Positions 1 to 8,929 of a stretch of 64,000 nucleotides of DNA are shown piece by piece (within the stretch, counting starts at the first letter, position 1; the number at the start of each line of letters is the position of its first letter). The stretch spans positions 8,592 to 72,591 of the forward strand of contig CAADYP010000015.1 of NCBI GenBank assembly GCA_900753315.1, written 5' to 3'. The notes below the pieces were generated by a model. It saw only the letters and a program-made list of their open reading frames with translations. It made no database searches and was not told the origin of the DNA. The translations under genes and the position numbers were made by a program. The stretch is from Clostridia bacterium (GTDB lineage Bacteria; Bacillota; Clostridia; Christensenellales; UBA1242).

Positions 1-71
1 GCACTGAGCCGCACTCGAAATGCGGTTGTCGAGAAATCGGCACGTGGGTTCAAATCCCACCGTCTCCGCCA
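1..71 (+). tRNA. tRNA-Ser(CGA), 3' portion (5' end lies outside the window)
   Basis: Anticodon stem ccgca/tgcgg (9-13/21-25) with loop CTCGAAA gives anticodon CGA. Long variable arm (26-43). T arm gtggg-ttcaaat-cccac (44-60). Acceptor 3' strand, G discriminator and encoded CCA end at 71. Confidence 0.85.
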
Positions 72-1681
72 CGGAAAGGCTGTTGGACAGAAATGTTCAT
101 TTCAGCCTTTTTTTCTTTGAAAATTTTGCTATTTTCATCAAAATGGGAGTCCGAGTTTTCGGCACTCCCATTTTTTGTGTTTCCACTATCAAAATTATTA
201 TCTCTTTTCTCAAATTTTTCTAAAATTCTTTTAGCGTAAAGTTCATCATTATTTATAGAAAGTTCATTGTCTGGGCCTTTGTTTCCGCACATTATCACAA
301 TAACTTTATCGTTGAATAAAATCACCTTTTTAATAAAGCGGTTGAAAAATTCATTGCGTTCAAACACATCATCATAATCCTTGCAGGCAAACAGTGATAT
401 AAAATTCTTCACATCTTCAAATTCAAGAGGCCTATCAATTTTTGTTTTTTCTTCAGCAATTTTAAGTTGAATGTCCGCCCTGTCGTTTTCAAGTTTGTAA
501 AGTTCTTCACGAATGGCAAGCGAAACTATGCCCTGTTCCATATTTTTAACAAGGCTGTTAATTTTGCTATTTATTTGTTTTAACTCTTTTTCAAGACATT
601 TCAGCACAATGTTGTTAGAAAGTTCTTCGTTAAACTTGTCCACAACCATGTGCGCAATTTCTTCAATTTTGGTTGGTGTTAAAATATACTGCTTGGTTTT
701 GTCAATAATTAGTTGTTCAAGTTCTTGCTTGCGATAATTTCTAAGTTCGCACGCCTTACCCTCAACCTTTTTAGTATGGCACTTGTAATATTTGTATCTC
801 GTTCCCATATGGCTAGAACCGGCTTCGGCAATAACACTTTTACCGCAGTAACCGCAGAAGATTTTGCCCGTTAAAAAGTATGGGTCGTATTTGTCTTTTT
901 TGTAGTTTCGGCGAAATTCCACCATCATGCCGTTCACAACTTTCCATAATTTTTCTTCAATTATCTGCGGAATAACATCGGTAAAAATTTCTCCACCAAA
1001 CTTTTCAATGCCCATATATCTTGGGTTGTGTAACATCTTGGCAATCATGTTGCCGTTCCACTTGTTGCCACTGTTAGACCTAGAGCCTTGTGCGTTTAAG
1101 TGGTCGGCAATCTCAGTTGCCTTTTCGCCTTTTGAATATTCGTCAAAGACCTGTCTAACAAACTTTGCGTGTTCTTCGTCAATCACCCATTTTCTACCTT
1201 CAATTTTGTAACCATAGGTAACTTGCCCGCCTGTGAAATTGCCTTTCATTAAACTTTCGCGAACGCCGCGCTTAACTTTTTGGCTAAGCTCGGCAGAATA
1301 ATATTCAGCCATACCTTCAAGCACGCTTTCCATCAAAATTCCACTTGCATCGTCTGAAATATTTTCTCTTGCCGACAGCACACGCACACCATTTTTCTTT
1401 AACTTCATTTTGTAGTTAGCACTGTCATATCTATTTCTTGCAAACCTGTCCAATTGATAAACTAGCACAAACTCAAACTCTTTTTTCTTGCTGTCCTCAA
1501 TCATTTTTAGGAACGCCGGTCGCCTGTCTGTTGTTCCCGAAAGTGCACGGTCAATATATTCGTGTACAACCACATAATCGTTTCGTTCGGCATACTCGTG
1601 GCAAACTCTAAGTTGCCCTTCAATTGATTGCTCTGTTTGCCTGTCGCTTGAATATCTAGCATAGATTACAATTTTTTTCAT
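50..1681 (-). CDS. Large serine recombinase (integrase)
   Basis: N-terminal resolvase catalytic motif IYARYSSDRQ and a central recombinase domain. Cys cluster CGYCG...YYKCH suggests a zinc ribbon, followed by a coiled-coil-like tail. AGGAG RBS lies upstream of the ATG at 1681. The last ~25 codons run through the tRNA terminator into the tRNA 3' end. Confidence 0.85.
   Translation of the reverse strand: MKKIVIYARYSSDRQTEQSIEGQLRVCHEYAERNDYVVVHEYIDRALSGTTDRRPAFLKMIEDSKKKEFEFVLVYQLDRFARNRYDSANYKMKLKKNGVRVLSARENISDDASGILMESVLEGMAEYYSAELSQKVKRGVRESLMKGNFTGGQVTYGYKIEGRKWVIDEEHAKFVRQVFDEYSKGEKATEIADHLNAQGSRSNSGNKWNGNMIAKMLHNPRYMGIEKFGGEIFTDVIPQIIEEKLWKVVNGMMVEFRRNYKKDKYDPYFLTGKIFCGYCGKSVIAEAGSSHMGTRYKYYKCHTKKVEGKACELRNYRKQELEQLIIDKTKQYILTPTKIEEIAHMVVDKFNEELSNNIVLKCLEKELKQINSKINSLVKNMEQGIVSLAIREELYKLENDRADIQLKIAEEKTKIDRPLEFEDVKNFISLFACKDYDDVFERNEFFNRFIKKVILFNDKVIVIMCGNKGPDNELSINNDELYAKRILEKFEKRDNNFDSGNTKNGSAENSDSHFDENSKIFKEKKAEMNISVQQPFRGGDGGI
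75..116 (+). terminator. Intrinsic terminator after tRNA-Ser
   Basis: Stem aaaggctg (75-82) pairs with cagccttt (103-110) and is followed by a T-run to 116. The loop is long (20 nt). Confidence 0.55.
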
Positions 1682-1780
1682 AATTACTCCTTAGGTTAAT
1701 TTTTCGCTCTTTCAAGTTTTTTTCAACACAAACACATACCACAAAAATTTTCACAAGTCCAGCACAAACTAGAAAGTTTT

Positions 1781-1999
1781 TCAAACTTTTTGTTGTCCAG
1801 TTTCTCGCCATGAAAACACGCTCCTTGGGGTTGCATTTTTGAAATCAACGCCTCGCTTTATGCTTAACAATAATTCTGCCACCAACTTGCTTACTGCTTC
1901 TTCATAAGTCTTTTCGTTTATCTCAATTTCAGGCTGGTTTACAATCTCTTTTGTAACTCTATCTATTATCAAAACATTCTTTAAATTTTCAATATTCAT
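1781..1999 (-). CDS. Small hypothetical protein upstream of the integrase (possible directionality factor; speculative)
   Basis: The track ORF starts at a GTG. An internal ATG at 1999 has a GAGGAGA RBS. No recognisable motif. Confidence 0.3.
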   Translation of the reverse strand: MNIENLKNVLIIDRVTKEIVNQPEIEINEKTYEEAVSKLVAELLLSIKRGVDFKNATPRSVFSWRETGQQKV

Positions 2000-2481
2000 A
2001 ATTATTCTCCTCACTGCATTTAGAGGGGCAATGAGTTAAATATTATCTCTTTCAAAAATTTAAATTTTCGCTTTCAAAAAACGATTTAAACTAAACTGGG
2101 TTTCCCAGTTGTTGCGAAAAGCGGAGAGATGCAAATTGAGTCAATGTGCTGGCACGCACAAAATGTGTGACGGCACTAAAAGTGTCCATATCTAGCGGGT
2201 TTTAGCCACATAAAAAACAATTTGCGTCACTCCTTTTCCTGCTTAAGAAAAATTAAGCATTATTTTTTTCTGATTTCATTCTTCTTACCCATAAACACCT
2301 CCTCTATATAAGGGGTTTTATAAGTCACTTTTTGCATTGAATTTCTTTACATAAAAAAGAAAACCTCTGATTTTATCAGAGATTTCGCCATATAAATTAT
2401 TTTTAAAAATTCAATTTTATTGTCATATTTTTCAGTCACTTTTTTCTTTTATCCCAAAAAGAGAGGCAATGAGTAGTTTTG

Positions 2482-2516
2482 AAAATAAAAAGATCAACTT
2501 CATTTTGAAGTTGACC
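2482..2516 (-). terminator. Intrinsic terminator of the methyltransferase-helicase operon
   Basis: Stem tcaacttc (2494-2501) pairs with gaagttga (2507-2514). An A-run on the + strand (2484-2491) becomes a T-run on the - strand. It lies 11 nt after the stop at 2527. Confidence 0.7.
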
Positions 2517-2526
2517 TTATTGTTAC

Positions 2527-5500
2527 TTATTCAAACACTTCATCAAGCTTTTGCTCTAGTGTTCCGTCTTGGGCGAATGGTAAAGAATCAAATTGTTTTA
2601 GATTGTGTTTATCTATTTTTATATCTTTGCTAAAACCTAATATGAATGATTTTGCGATTCTATAAATAATTTCTGTTGGTGCTAAGCCGTACACTTGTTT
2701 TGCAAAAATATGACTTAATCTGTCGGCATCATTTGGATAAAGTTTTTTCATATTTGAACTTCTATAAAGCTTTTTAACAATTTCTGCAATATAAAGTCCT
2801 GATTTCATATATAGATCTATAAAAGTATGATTTGGGTCATCATAGCAACCTGGATTTTCTTTTTCAAGATTATCTACCATTTCTTTTACTACTTTCTTTG
2901 GTGTAAATATTTGATTGGTCTTTTGAGGTGGAATATAGTCAAAAATATCTTCCTTTGAGTTGTCGTCAAAGTAATTTGCTAAATCTTGTTTTTTCTTCAA
3001 AAATTCTTTTATTGAATCATTGAAAACCACTGAATCAAAAAATCCATTATAATGTTTGCTTTCGCCATTTTCATCAACATAATCAAATCCATCTCTTAAC
3101 TTTCTAAAATCATCTAGTGAAATACTTGTAACTTCTTTAAACACTTTGTTAGGAATTATTTGGTCAAAATTTTCCAAGGTAGTATTTTCATCTCCATATG
3201 CCATCAAGAATGATGGGATAGTCCTCGAAAAACCTCTTAAATGGTCACGAACATTATCCATTAAAGAATCTTTTTGTTTTTCTTTTTTATCCGTTTCAAC
3301 GACATCAACAATAGTTCTTCCTGCATTATCAATAACATTTTTAACTTCGGATTGAATAGAACTCATAAAGTTATGCTCAATTTCTTTTTTCTTTTCATCA
3401 AATTTTGTGTTAATTTCTGCAATCTTATGAACATTTCCAGTTTGTTTTGCATTTTCAAGTTCTTTTGATCGCTCATTTTCAAGTTTGTTTTTACTTATTT
3501 GATAATTGCCGTATTGTTTTTTAACAAAAGTATCTGCCGTTGTGTTTATCTTTCTAACAAGTGCTTGTTGAGTAGATTTAGATAAATCACTGCCATAATT
3601 TTCTTTCGCAGTTTTAACTAGTGTATCTGTAATATTTGTGTGAAATGCATCTAAAAGTGCATTAAGTTTTTCATCTTTTTTATGTGCGATTTCATTTTCT
3701 TTTTGAATTGTTGTAACAGTGTCGATTAAACTTTGTTCAATATCTCCATAAATCTTTTCTCCAAAAACATCATTTGCAGTTCCAATAACTTGTTCTTCTG
3801 GAATTACAACATTTCCTTCATCATCTAAATTAAGTTTTTCTTTTGTATCTTCTTTTATTCCAACAGGCTCTTTAATTGGTTCAAATTTTTGAAGAATATC
3901 CAAAACTTCCTTTGGAGCATTAAATATATTGCCCACATTTTGGAATAAGAAATTACTCATAAATCCGCGACGAACAACTTCTTTTGCATGAATTGATCTT
4001 GGTATTGATAAGACTTTTTCAGCATCAAGTTCAATCATTTCGCCATTTGGATCTTCGCCATATACAGGGAAGAAGTTAAGAAGTTCTCTTACATGTTGTT
4101 TTCTAGTATCAGAGTCGCCACGACCGTTTGCTGTGTCAGCCATAAGGTCATTTGCAAATTCTTCAACAATAGTAAGCGTTCTTGCAGGGTCAAAGTCAAA
4201 TACATAAGAATTTTGTTTTCTGTAACTTTCGCTACCATTTTTGAATAAACATGGGTTTTGTGCTCTAAAAGCCGATTGCATATACAATGCCGGACTCTTT
4301 ACATTTGAAAGCATCATAACGGCAGTCCACTCTGGAATAGTAATGCCAGTTGTAAGTTGTCCTACGGAAATAGTAATTGTTTTATCGTTGTTTTTTATTG
4401 CATCAACAACTTTATCATAAGAGTTTTTGATATTCTTATCAAAACTTATTTCATCACAATAATTTCCTTCATTGTCTATTTTACCATCGCCAGCCGCAAG
4501 AACAATTTTGTAATCTTTGAAGACTTCATGATTTTGCAATTTTTTAGCGAGAGCCTTTGCACTGCTAACATATTTAAGTAGCCACAATGTGTGCTTTAAT
4601 TCTTTTCGTAATTCTTCTGTTGAAAATGGGAATTTTTCTTGTTTTGTTAAAGCATCAAGAAACTTATCAACTGCATCATTATGTATAAATTCACCACTTG
4701 CATTTGTATCAAAAAAGTCGTTTAAGTCCCAGCAAAATGCTTCATTTTGTCCATCATTGTCAAAGTCGGCTCCTTGTTCCACTTTATCATGAACAATGTC
4801 AGACATTTTATAAGTAAACAAATTAAGTTGTGGCAAGTTAGCATAAGGATTTTCTTCTTCGCTTGATTCATTCCATTCATGCTTTGCTTTTTGCTCATCA
4901 GCATAAGTCCAGTTATAAATTGCTTTTGGTGGAAATTTATCATTTGCAAGTGCTTTGAAAGGTGTTCCAGACAAATGCAATGTGCATCTTCTTTTTATTT
5001 GGTCAAATACCACATCAGTTTTGTAAGTATCAACTCCTTCATGTACTTCATCAATAACCAAAACATCCCATTCAAGGTCAGCAACTTCTCTAAGTTTATC
5101 AAACATACCACCAAAGTATATTGATCCTTTAAGGTCTTGAAGGGATACAAATTCTATGCAACCTTTGTGATTTGGTTCAGATATTAAATCAAGATATTTT
5201 TCTCTTGATAAAACATACTTTTTGTCTTTAAGTCCATCAACATTACTTACAAAATAATATCCCGATTCTGTTCCCATAAACTTAACATAATCATCATACC
5301 ATGAGTTTGCAATAGCAGGTCGGTTGGTTACAATAAGTATTTTGTTAATGTTAGGGAGTGCCTTACATAAATCATAAGTTGATAATGTTTTGCCAAACCT
5401 TGGCTTTGCATTCCACAAACATTCCGCTTTGTGAGAATTATCCAAAAAGTAATCTCTTGTTTGTTTAACTGCATCTTTTTGTTCTTTTCTAAGTACATAG

Positions 5501-5889
5501 GGGATAACACCTAAAGTTTGCAAAACACCCTTATCTCTTTTAAACTTGCCAAACAAAACATATGATTCATCACCAGAAATATAAAACCATTCTGGGCAAC
5601 CTTCGTTATCTGGTTTGGGGTCTTTTCTTTTAATATCGTTTTTTGCCAAATATGAATGGAACTCTTTGTCTGTAAATCTTGTCTTTCCATCAGAAAAAAT
5701 TGCGAGATCTTGCCATTCTTTTTTTGCCACAACATCTACTGTTTGTGTTTGCTCTTTTATTCTTGCATCAACATCTCTTTCTGTGTATCCTATCTTTGTC
5801 CAACCATCGTGATATACAACCCCTGGAGTGGTGTATGCATAAATCATAGGAGCAACTTTTGCAGAGGTTTGAATTTTAATTTTTGCCAT
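2527..5889 (-). CDS. T5orf172 (GIY-YIG superfamily) + SF2/SNF2-type helicase, with a C-terminal degenerate half of a gamma-class methyltransferase fold
   Basis: N-terminus MIYAY...WTKIGYT...RIKEQ...FHSYL...PEWFY matches the T5orf172 pattern. Helicase motifs: PRFGKT (I), VIDEVHEG (II), LSGTP (III), QLTTGITIPEW (V), QSAFRAQNP (VI). The last ~127 aa carry an FTPKKVVKEMV motif-X-like element and IDLYMKSGLYI in place of DPACGSGxF. The protein ends before any NPPY. RBS AGGAG. Confidence 0.75.
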   Translation of the reverse strand: MAKIKIQTSAKVAPMIYAYTTPGVVYHDGWTKIGYTERDVDARIKEQTQTVDVVAKKEWQDLAIFSDGKTRFTDKEFHSYLAKNDIKRKDPKPDNEGCPEWFYISGDESYVLFGKFKRDKGVLQTLGVIPYVLRKEQKDAVKQTRDYFLDNSHKAECLWNAKPRFGKTLSTYDLCKALPNINKILIVTNRPAIANSWYDDYVKFMGTESGYYFVSNVDGLKDKKYVLSREKYLDLISEPNHKGCIEFVSLQDLKGSIYFGGMFDKLREVADLEWDVLVIDEVHEGVDTYKTDVVFDQIKRRCTLHLSGTPFKALANDKFPPKAIYNWTYADEQKAKHEWNESSEEENPYANLPQLNLFTYKMSDIVHDKVEQGADFDNDGQNEAFCWDLNDFFDTNASGEFIHNDAVDKFLDALTKQEKFPFSTEELRKELKHTLWLLKYVSSAKALAKKLQNHEVFKDYKIVLAAGDGKIDNEGNYCDEISFDKNIKNSYDKVVDAIKNNDKTITISVGQLTTGITIPEWTAVMMLSNVKSPALYMQSAFRAQNPCLFKNGSESYRKQNSYVFDFDPARTLTIVEEFANDLMADTANGRGDSDTRKQHVRELLNFFPVYGEDPNGEMIELDAEKVLSIPRSIHAKEVVRRGFMSNFLFQNVGNIFNAPKEVLDILQKFEPIKEPVGIKEDTKEKLNLDDEGNVVIPEEQVIGTANDVFGEKIYGDIEQSLIDTVTTIQKENEIAHKKDEKLNALLDAFHTNITDTLVKTAKENYGSDLSKSTQQALVRKINTTADTFVKKQYGNYQISKNKLENERSKELENAKQTGNVHKIAEINTKFDEKKKEIEHNFMSSIQSEVKNVIDNAGRTIVDVVETDKKEKQKDSLMDNVRDHLRGFSRTIPSFLMAYGDENTTLENFDQIIPNKVFKEVTSISLDDFRKLRDGFDYVDENGESKHYNGFFDSVVFNDSIKEFLKKKQDLANYFDDNSKEDIFDYIPPQKTNQIFTPKKVVKEMVDNLEKENPGCYDDPNHTFIDLYMKSGLYIAEIVKKLYRSSNMKKLYPNDADRLSHIFAKQVYGLAPTEIIYRIAKSFILGFSKDIKIDKHNLKQFDSLPFAQDGTLEQKLDEVFE

Positions 5890-5890
5890 A

Positions 5891-7897
5891 TTATTTCATC
5901 TCCTTTACATGAGATTCAATAAAGTTAATTTCGTTTTGGTCTAGTCCATACTTTTTATATAACTGTAAATCAATTTCGTGTATGGATTTTGACCAATCTA
6001 TATCAGATTTATCTGTAAAATCTTGAAGGGGGATAAGAATAAAGGACTCTTTAGATATATTTAATGAATGTCTATTATAAAATAACAATGCTCTAAAATA
6101 TTTTGATTTAATATACTTTAAACAATTCTGTGCATCCATAAGCATATCAAATGGTCCTATTTCCAAAAATGTCTCTGTACATAAACTATCCGGTATTCCA
6201 ACAATAATTTCTGGAGGGACTGTTGAAGTTGTCATATATGCTTTTGAGAAATATAATTTATATTTGTTGATATTGCCACTATTCTTAGTAATTTTGTCTT
6301 TATCTATAAACCCAACAACTCTTTTGGCACCACCTTTTTTACCAGCTACGCCATAGATTTTTACGCAATTTGCTTTTTCACTAAAACTAATGTCCAAATC
6401 TTTATATTTTTCATGATCGTTAAACAAATCAGCAGAGAGTCCATAAGGATTTCTATATGAAACTATTTCACTAAATTGCTTTTTGCCCGAAGATTTTTTT
6501 ATAATTGATGATTGTCGATAATCCCTTATAATAGTATTTGAATATTCTGTTTTAAGATATCTTTTTGAATATATCGCTTCTTCGTCTTTTGGTTTGTATC
6601 TAAAAGTAACCAAGCCATTATAATCTTTTTTCCATACTAAATAACATACGCCACCATCAATATGAACTCCTGGAAAACATTCTGAAGCATCTTCATAATC
6701 AGCAATACTTTTTATATGTGTATCAATCATCATTTCTTGACGAAAACTTTCTAAACCTTTTCCACCTTTCATCCATCTGCTAGGAACAATTAAGGAAAAA
6801 CTATTATTAGTTATTTTTTTTGCTTCATTTATAAAAAATTGATAAATAGGTTTAGCGCTGTCCCCAGTACCACCACCATCACTTTCTTGATAAGGTGGAT
6901 TTCCTATAACAAAATCAAAGTTCATATGCTTTTCTCCTTTGAAAAATTTAATTGATCTTTTGGTCTTCCAGTTCATTATTCGCGAGTAGATTCCAGTATG
7001 CTTGCTGTTATCATTTTTTGAACAACCTAAACAAAGGGCTGTCTCTTCATCTTCAAATAATGACATTTGTCTTTTTTGTATTGGTTTGCAACTGTTTGGA
7101 ATAACATCTTTTAGTCCGTCCATTTGCCATATATTCCAAGAAAGTATTTTTGCAACTTCTATCAAATACTCTTTAATAGGGAACAGTTTAAATTTTGCAA
7201 CATAATAATCTATAAATGTGAATAGCAAATTTTCTCTTGCAATAAGCAAACTATCACCTTGCCACTCATAACCGAAAGTTGATTTGAATGCAACAAGTGT
7301 CCAGAGATACCAATCTTGCTCAGAATTGCAATTTTCATTTATTACTCTTAACTTTCTATCTAAAGCACCGATTCTGCTGTTTACATCTATCCATTGGCCA
7401 GTGCTTGTATCATAACGGCTGGCGAGAAAGGGAGCCTCCCCACATGAAATTTCCAGCACTTTTAGTTTTACAAAATCTTGCCAAGTTTTATCTTTTTCAT
7501 TTGTAAAAAATATTTTGTTATTGTTCACTATCCATGTTTTATCTTTTGCAGTGTTAAACACGTCTTTTTTCTCAAACCACTCATCACAAAGATAATTGTT
7601 CATTTCATTGCATATCCACGAGGGTGTAAAGACTTCAGCTTTGTCTTTGATTCTTATCTTCTGTTCTTTTTGAGATTTATCTATTCGCGGTCTTATTATT
7701 TTCCCGAACCTGCCAGTAATTAGTTTTACTGTTATTGGCTCTGGGGAGTCATAAGACGCACCTTTACTTGCATAAATGTCAGTCGCCCAAATTATGTTTT
7801 TGCCAGAACTTCTATCTTTAAGCAAAATACTTAAAAGTTCAGTATCCAAGCACTTAATATAATTTTCTCGTATATCAATATCTGGTTGTTCTGACAT
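5891..7897 (-). CDS. N6-adenine DNA methyltransferase (Eco57I-like, gamma class) with a C-terminal target-recognition region
   Basis: Motif X EVFTPSWICNEM, motif I VLEISCGEAPFL, motif IV FVIGNPPYQ. About 340 aa follow NPPY. Likely start is the ATG at 7897 (AAGAGGAGA RBS), not the GTG at 7915. The stop is 1 nt from the helicase ATG. Confidence 0.8.
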   Translation of the reverse strand: MSEQPDIDIRENYIKCLDTELLSILLKDRSSGKNIIWATDIYASKGASYDSPEPITVKLITGRFGKIIRPRIDKSQKEQKIRIKDKAEVFTPSWICNEMNNYLCDEWFEKKDVFNTAKDKTWIVNNNKIFFTNEKDKTWQDFVKLKVLEISCGEAPFLASRYDTSTGQWIDVNSRIGALDRKLRVINENCNSEQDWYLWTLVAFKSTFGYEWQGDSLLIARENLLFTFIDYYVAKFKLFPIKEYLIEVAKILSWNIWQMDGLKDVIPNSCKPIQKRQMSLFEDEETALCLGCSKNDNSKHTGIYSRIMNWKTKRSIKFFKGEKHMNFDFVIGNPPYQESDGGGTGDSAKPIYQFFINEAKKITNNSFSLIVPSRWMKGGKGLESFRQEMMIDTHIKSIADYEDASECFPGVHIDGGVCYLVWKKDYNGLVTFRYKPKDEEAIYSKRYLKTEYSNTIIRDYRQSSIIKKSSGKKQFSEIVSYRNPYGLSADLFNDHEKYKDLDISFSEKANCVKIYGVAGKKGGAKRVVGFIDKDKITKNSGNINKYKLYFSKAYMTTSTVPPEIIVGIPDSLCTETFLEIGPFDMLMDAQNCLKYIKSKYFRALLFYNRHSLNISKESFILIPLQDFTDKSDIDWSKSIHEIDLQLYKKYGLDQNEINFIESHVKEMK

Positions 7898-7930
7898 AAA
7901 TCTCCTCTTAGGCACAACCCCAAGAAAAGA

Positions 7931-7955
7931 TTTTTGTCTAAAAAGGTGTACCTTT
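7931..7955. repeat. Left inverted repeat of a putative invertible element
   Basis: tttttgtctaaaaaggtgtaccttt. Its reverse complement matches 8118-8142 at 23 of 25 positions. The arm is itself an imperfect dyad around GGTGTACC. Confidence 0.8.
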
Positions 7956-8117
7956 GTGGATTTTTGGAAAAATATAGAGAAATCTATTGTTAGTTCATTT
8001 ATTAAGAAAAAATTTTGTTTTTCGTATGGAATTTATGAAAAAATATGATATAATGACTTTACAAAGAATGAAATAAGAGTTAAATACACAACGACTTCAT
8101 AAAAAGTTGGAGTGTAT
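7956..8117. promoter_or_regulatory. Invertible segment carrying an extended -10 promoter, currently pointing to the + strand
   Basis: TGaTATAAT at 8046-8054 on the + strand. The segment is flanked by the 25-bp inverted repeats, 34 nt from the methyltransferase start on one side. A Hin-type invertase gene lies on the other side. Confidence 0.55.
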
Positions 8118-8142
8118 AAAGGTACACCTTTTTGGACAGAAA
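8118..8142. repeat. Right inverted repeat of a putative invertible element
   Basis: aaaggtacacctttttggacagaaa, the partner of 7931-7955. Confidence 0.8.
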
Positions 8143-8144
8143 AA

Positions 8145-8176
8145 GGCTCCCGCTTTTTGAGTGGGAGTCTTTTTTG
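8145..8176 (+). terminator. Intrinsic terminator immediately outside the right inverted repeat
   Basis: Stem 8145-8153 pairs with 8061-style partner 8161-8169 (ggctcccgc / gtgggagtc, with G-U pairs). Loop is tttttga, followed by a T-run at 8170-8176. The preceding A-run makes it potentially bidirectional. Confidence 0.6.
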
Positions 8177-8350
8177 TTTGGTATAATCTATGTGATGTTA
8201 AAATTTAAACAAGTCAAATTTTAAATTGCTAAATGCAATTCCACAATAAATTGCGACATCACAGATTGAATGAACATCAGTTTTGCTTGAATAGATCTTC
8301 GGTGCATTCAGACAAAACTTCCGATGATATAATTTTTTAGAGGTGATTGT

Positions 8351-8929
8351 ATGAAATATGGTTATGTGCGTGTTAGCACAAAAGAACAGAATATAGATAG
8401 ACAACTTGTGGAGATGTATGCACAAGGATTAAATGATAAAACAATTTTTATAGACAAACAAAGTGGCAAGGATTTTGAAAGGGATGAGTATCAAAAATTA
8501 AAGAAAAAACTTAAATCTGGTGATTTACTGATAATCAAAAGCATCGATAGACTAGGGCGAAACTATGATATGATTATTGAGGAATGGAGAACGCTTGTAA
8601 ACGATATGAATGTTGATATTCAAGTACTAGATATGCCACTTTTGGACACTCGAACTGAAGGTAAAAACTTAGTTGGAAAATTTATAAGTGATATAGTTTT
8701 ACAAATTCTATCATTTGTCGCTGAAAACGAAAGAGAAAACATAAAAAAGCGTCAGGCTGAAGGCATAAGAATTGCAAAAGAAAAAGGCAAACACCTAGGT
8801 CGCCCAAAAATAGAAATACCACCAAACTTTTCACAAGTGGCAAATCAGTACAAGAAAAAAGAGATAACATTAACCGAAGCCCTGTTATCTCTTAAAATGA
8901 ATAGAAGTAGTTTTTATAAATACTTATAA
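8351..8929 (+). CDS. Small serine recombinase, Hin/Gin invertase-resolvase family
   Basis: MKYGYVRVSTKEQNIDRQ catalytic N-terminus, DRLGRN motif and a C-terminal HTH (GRPK...). 192 aa. AGAGGTGA RBS. Confidence 0.9.
   Translation: MKYGYVRVSTKEQNIDRQLVEMYAQGLNDKTIFIDKQSGKDFERDEYQKLKKKLKSGDLLIIKSIDRLGRNYDMIIEEWRTLVNDMNVDIQVLDMPLLDTRTEGKNLVGKFISDIVLQILSFVAENERENIKKRQAEGIRIAKEKGKHLGRPKIEIPPNFSQVANQYKKKEITLTEALLSLKMNRSSFYKYL

Noticed and set aside
2527-2910. The helicase C-terminal half-methyltransferase as a frameshifted or truncated pseudogene of a fused Type ISP enzyme.
   Set aside because: There is a clean stop followed within 11 nt by a strong intrinsic terminator, and no NPPY-encoding remnant in any frame downstream. 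I treat it as a native domain pending comparison with homologues.
8198-8425. 75-aa minus-strand ORF overlapping the invertase start.
   Set aside because: It has no RBS, is antisense to the invertase 5' end and promoter region, and has low-complexity composition typical of chance ORFs in AT-rich DNA.
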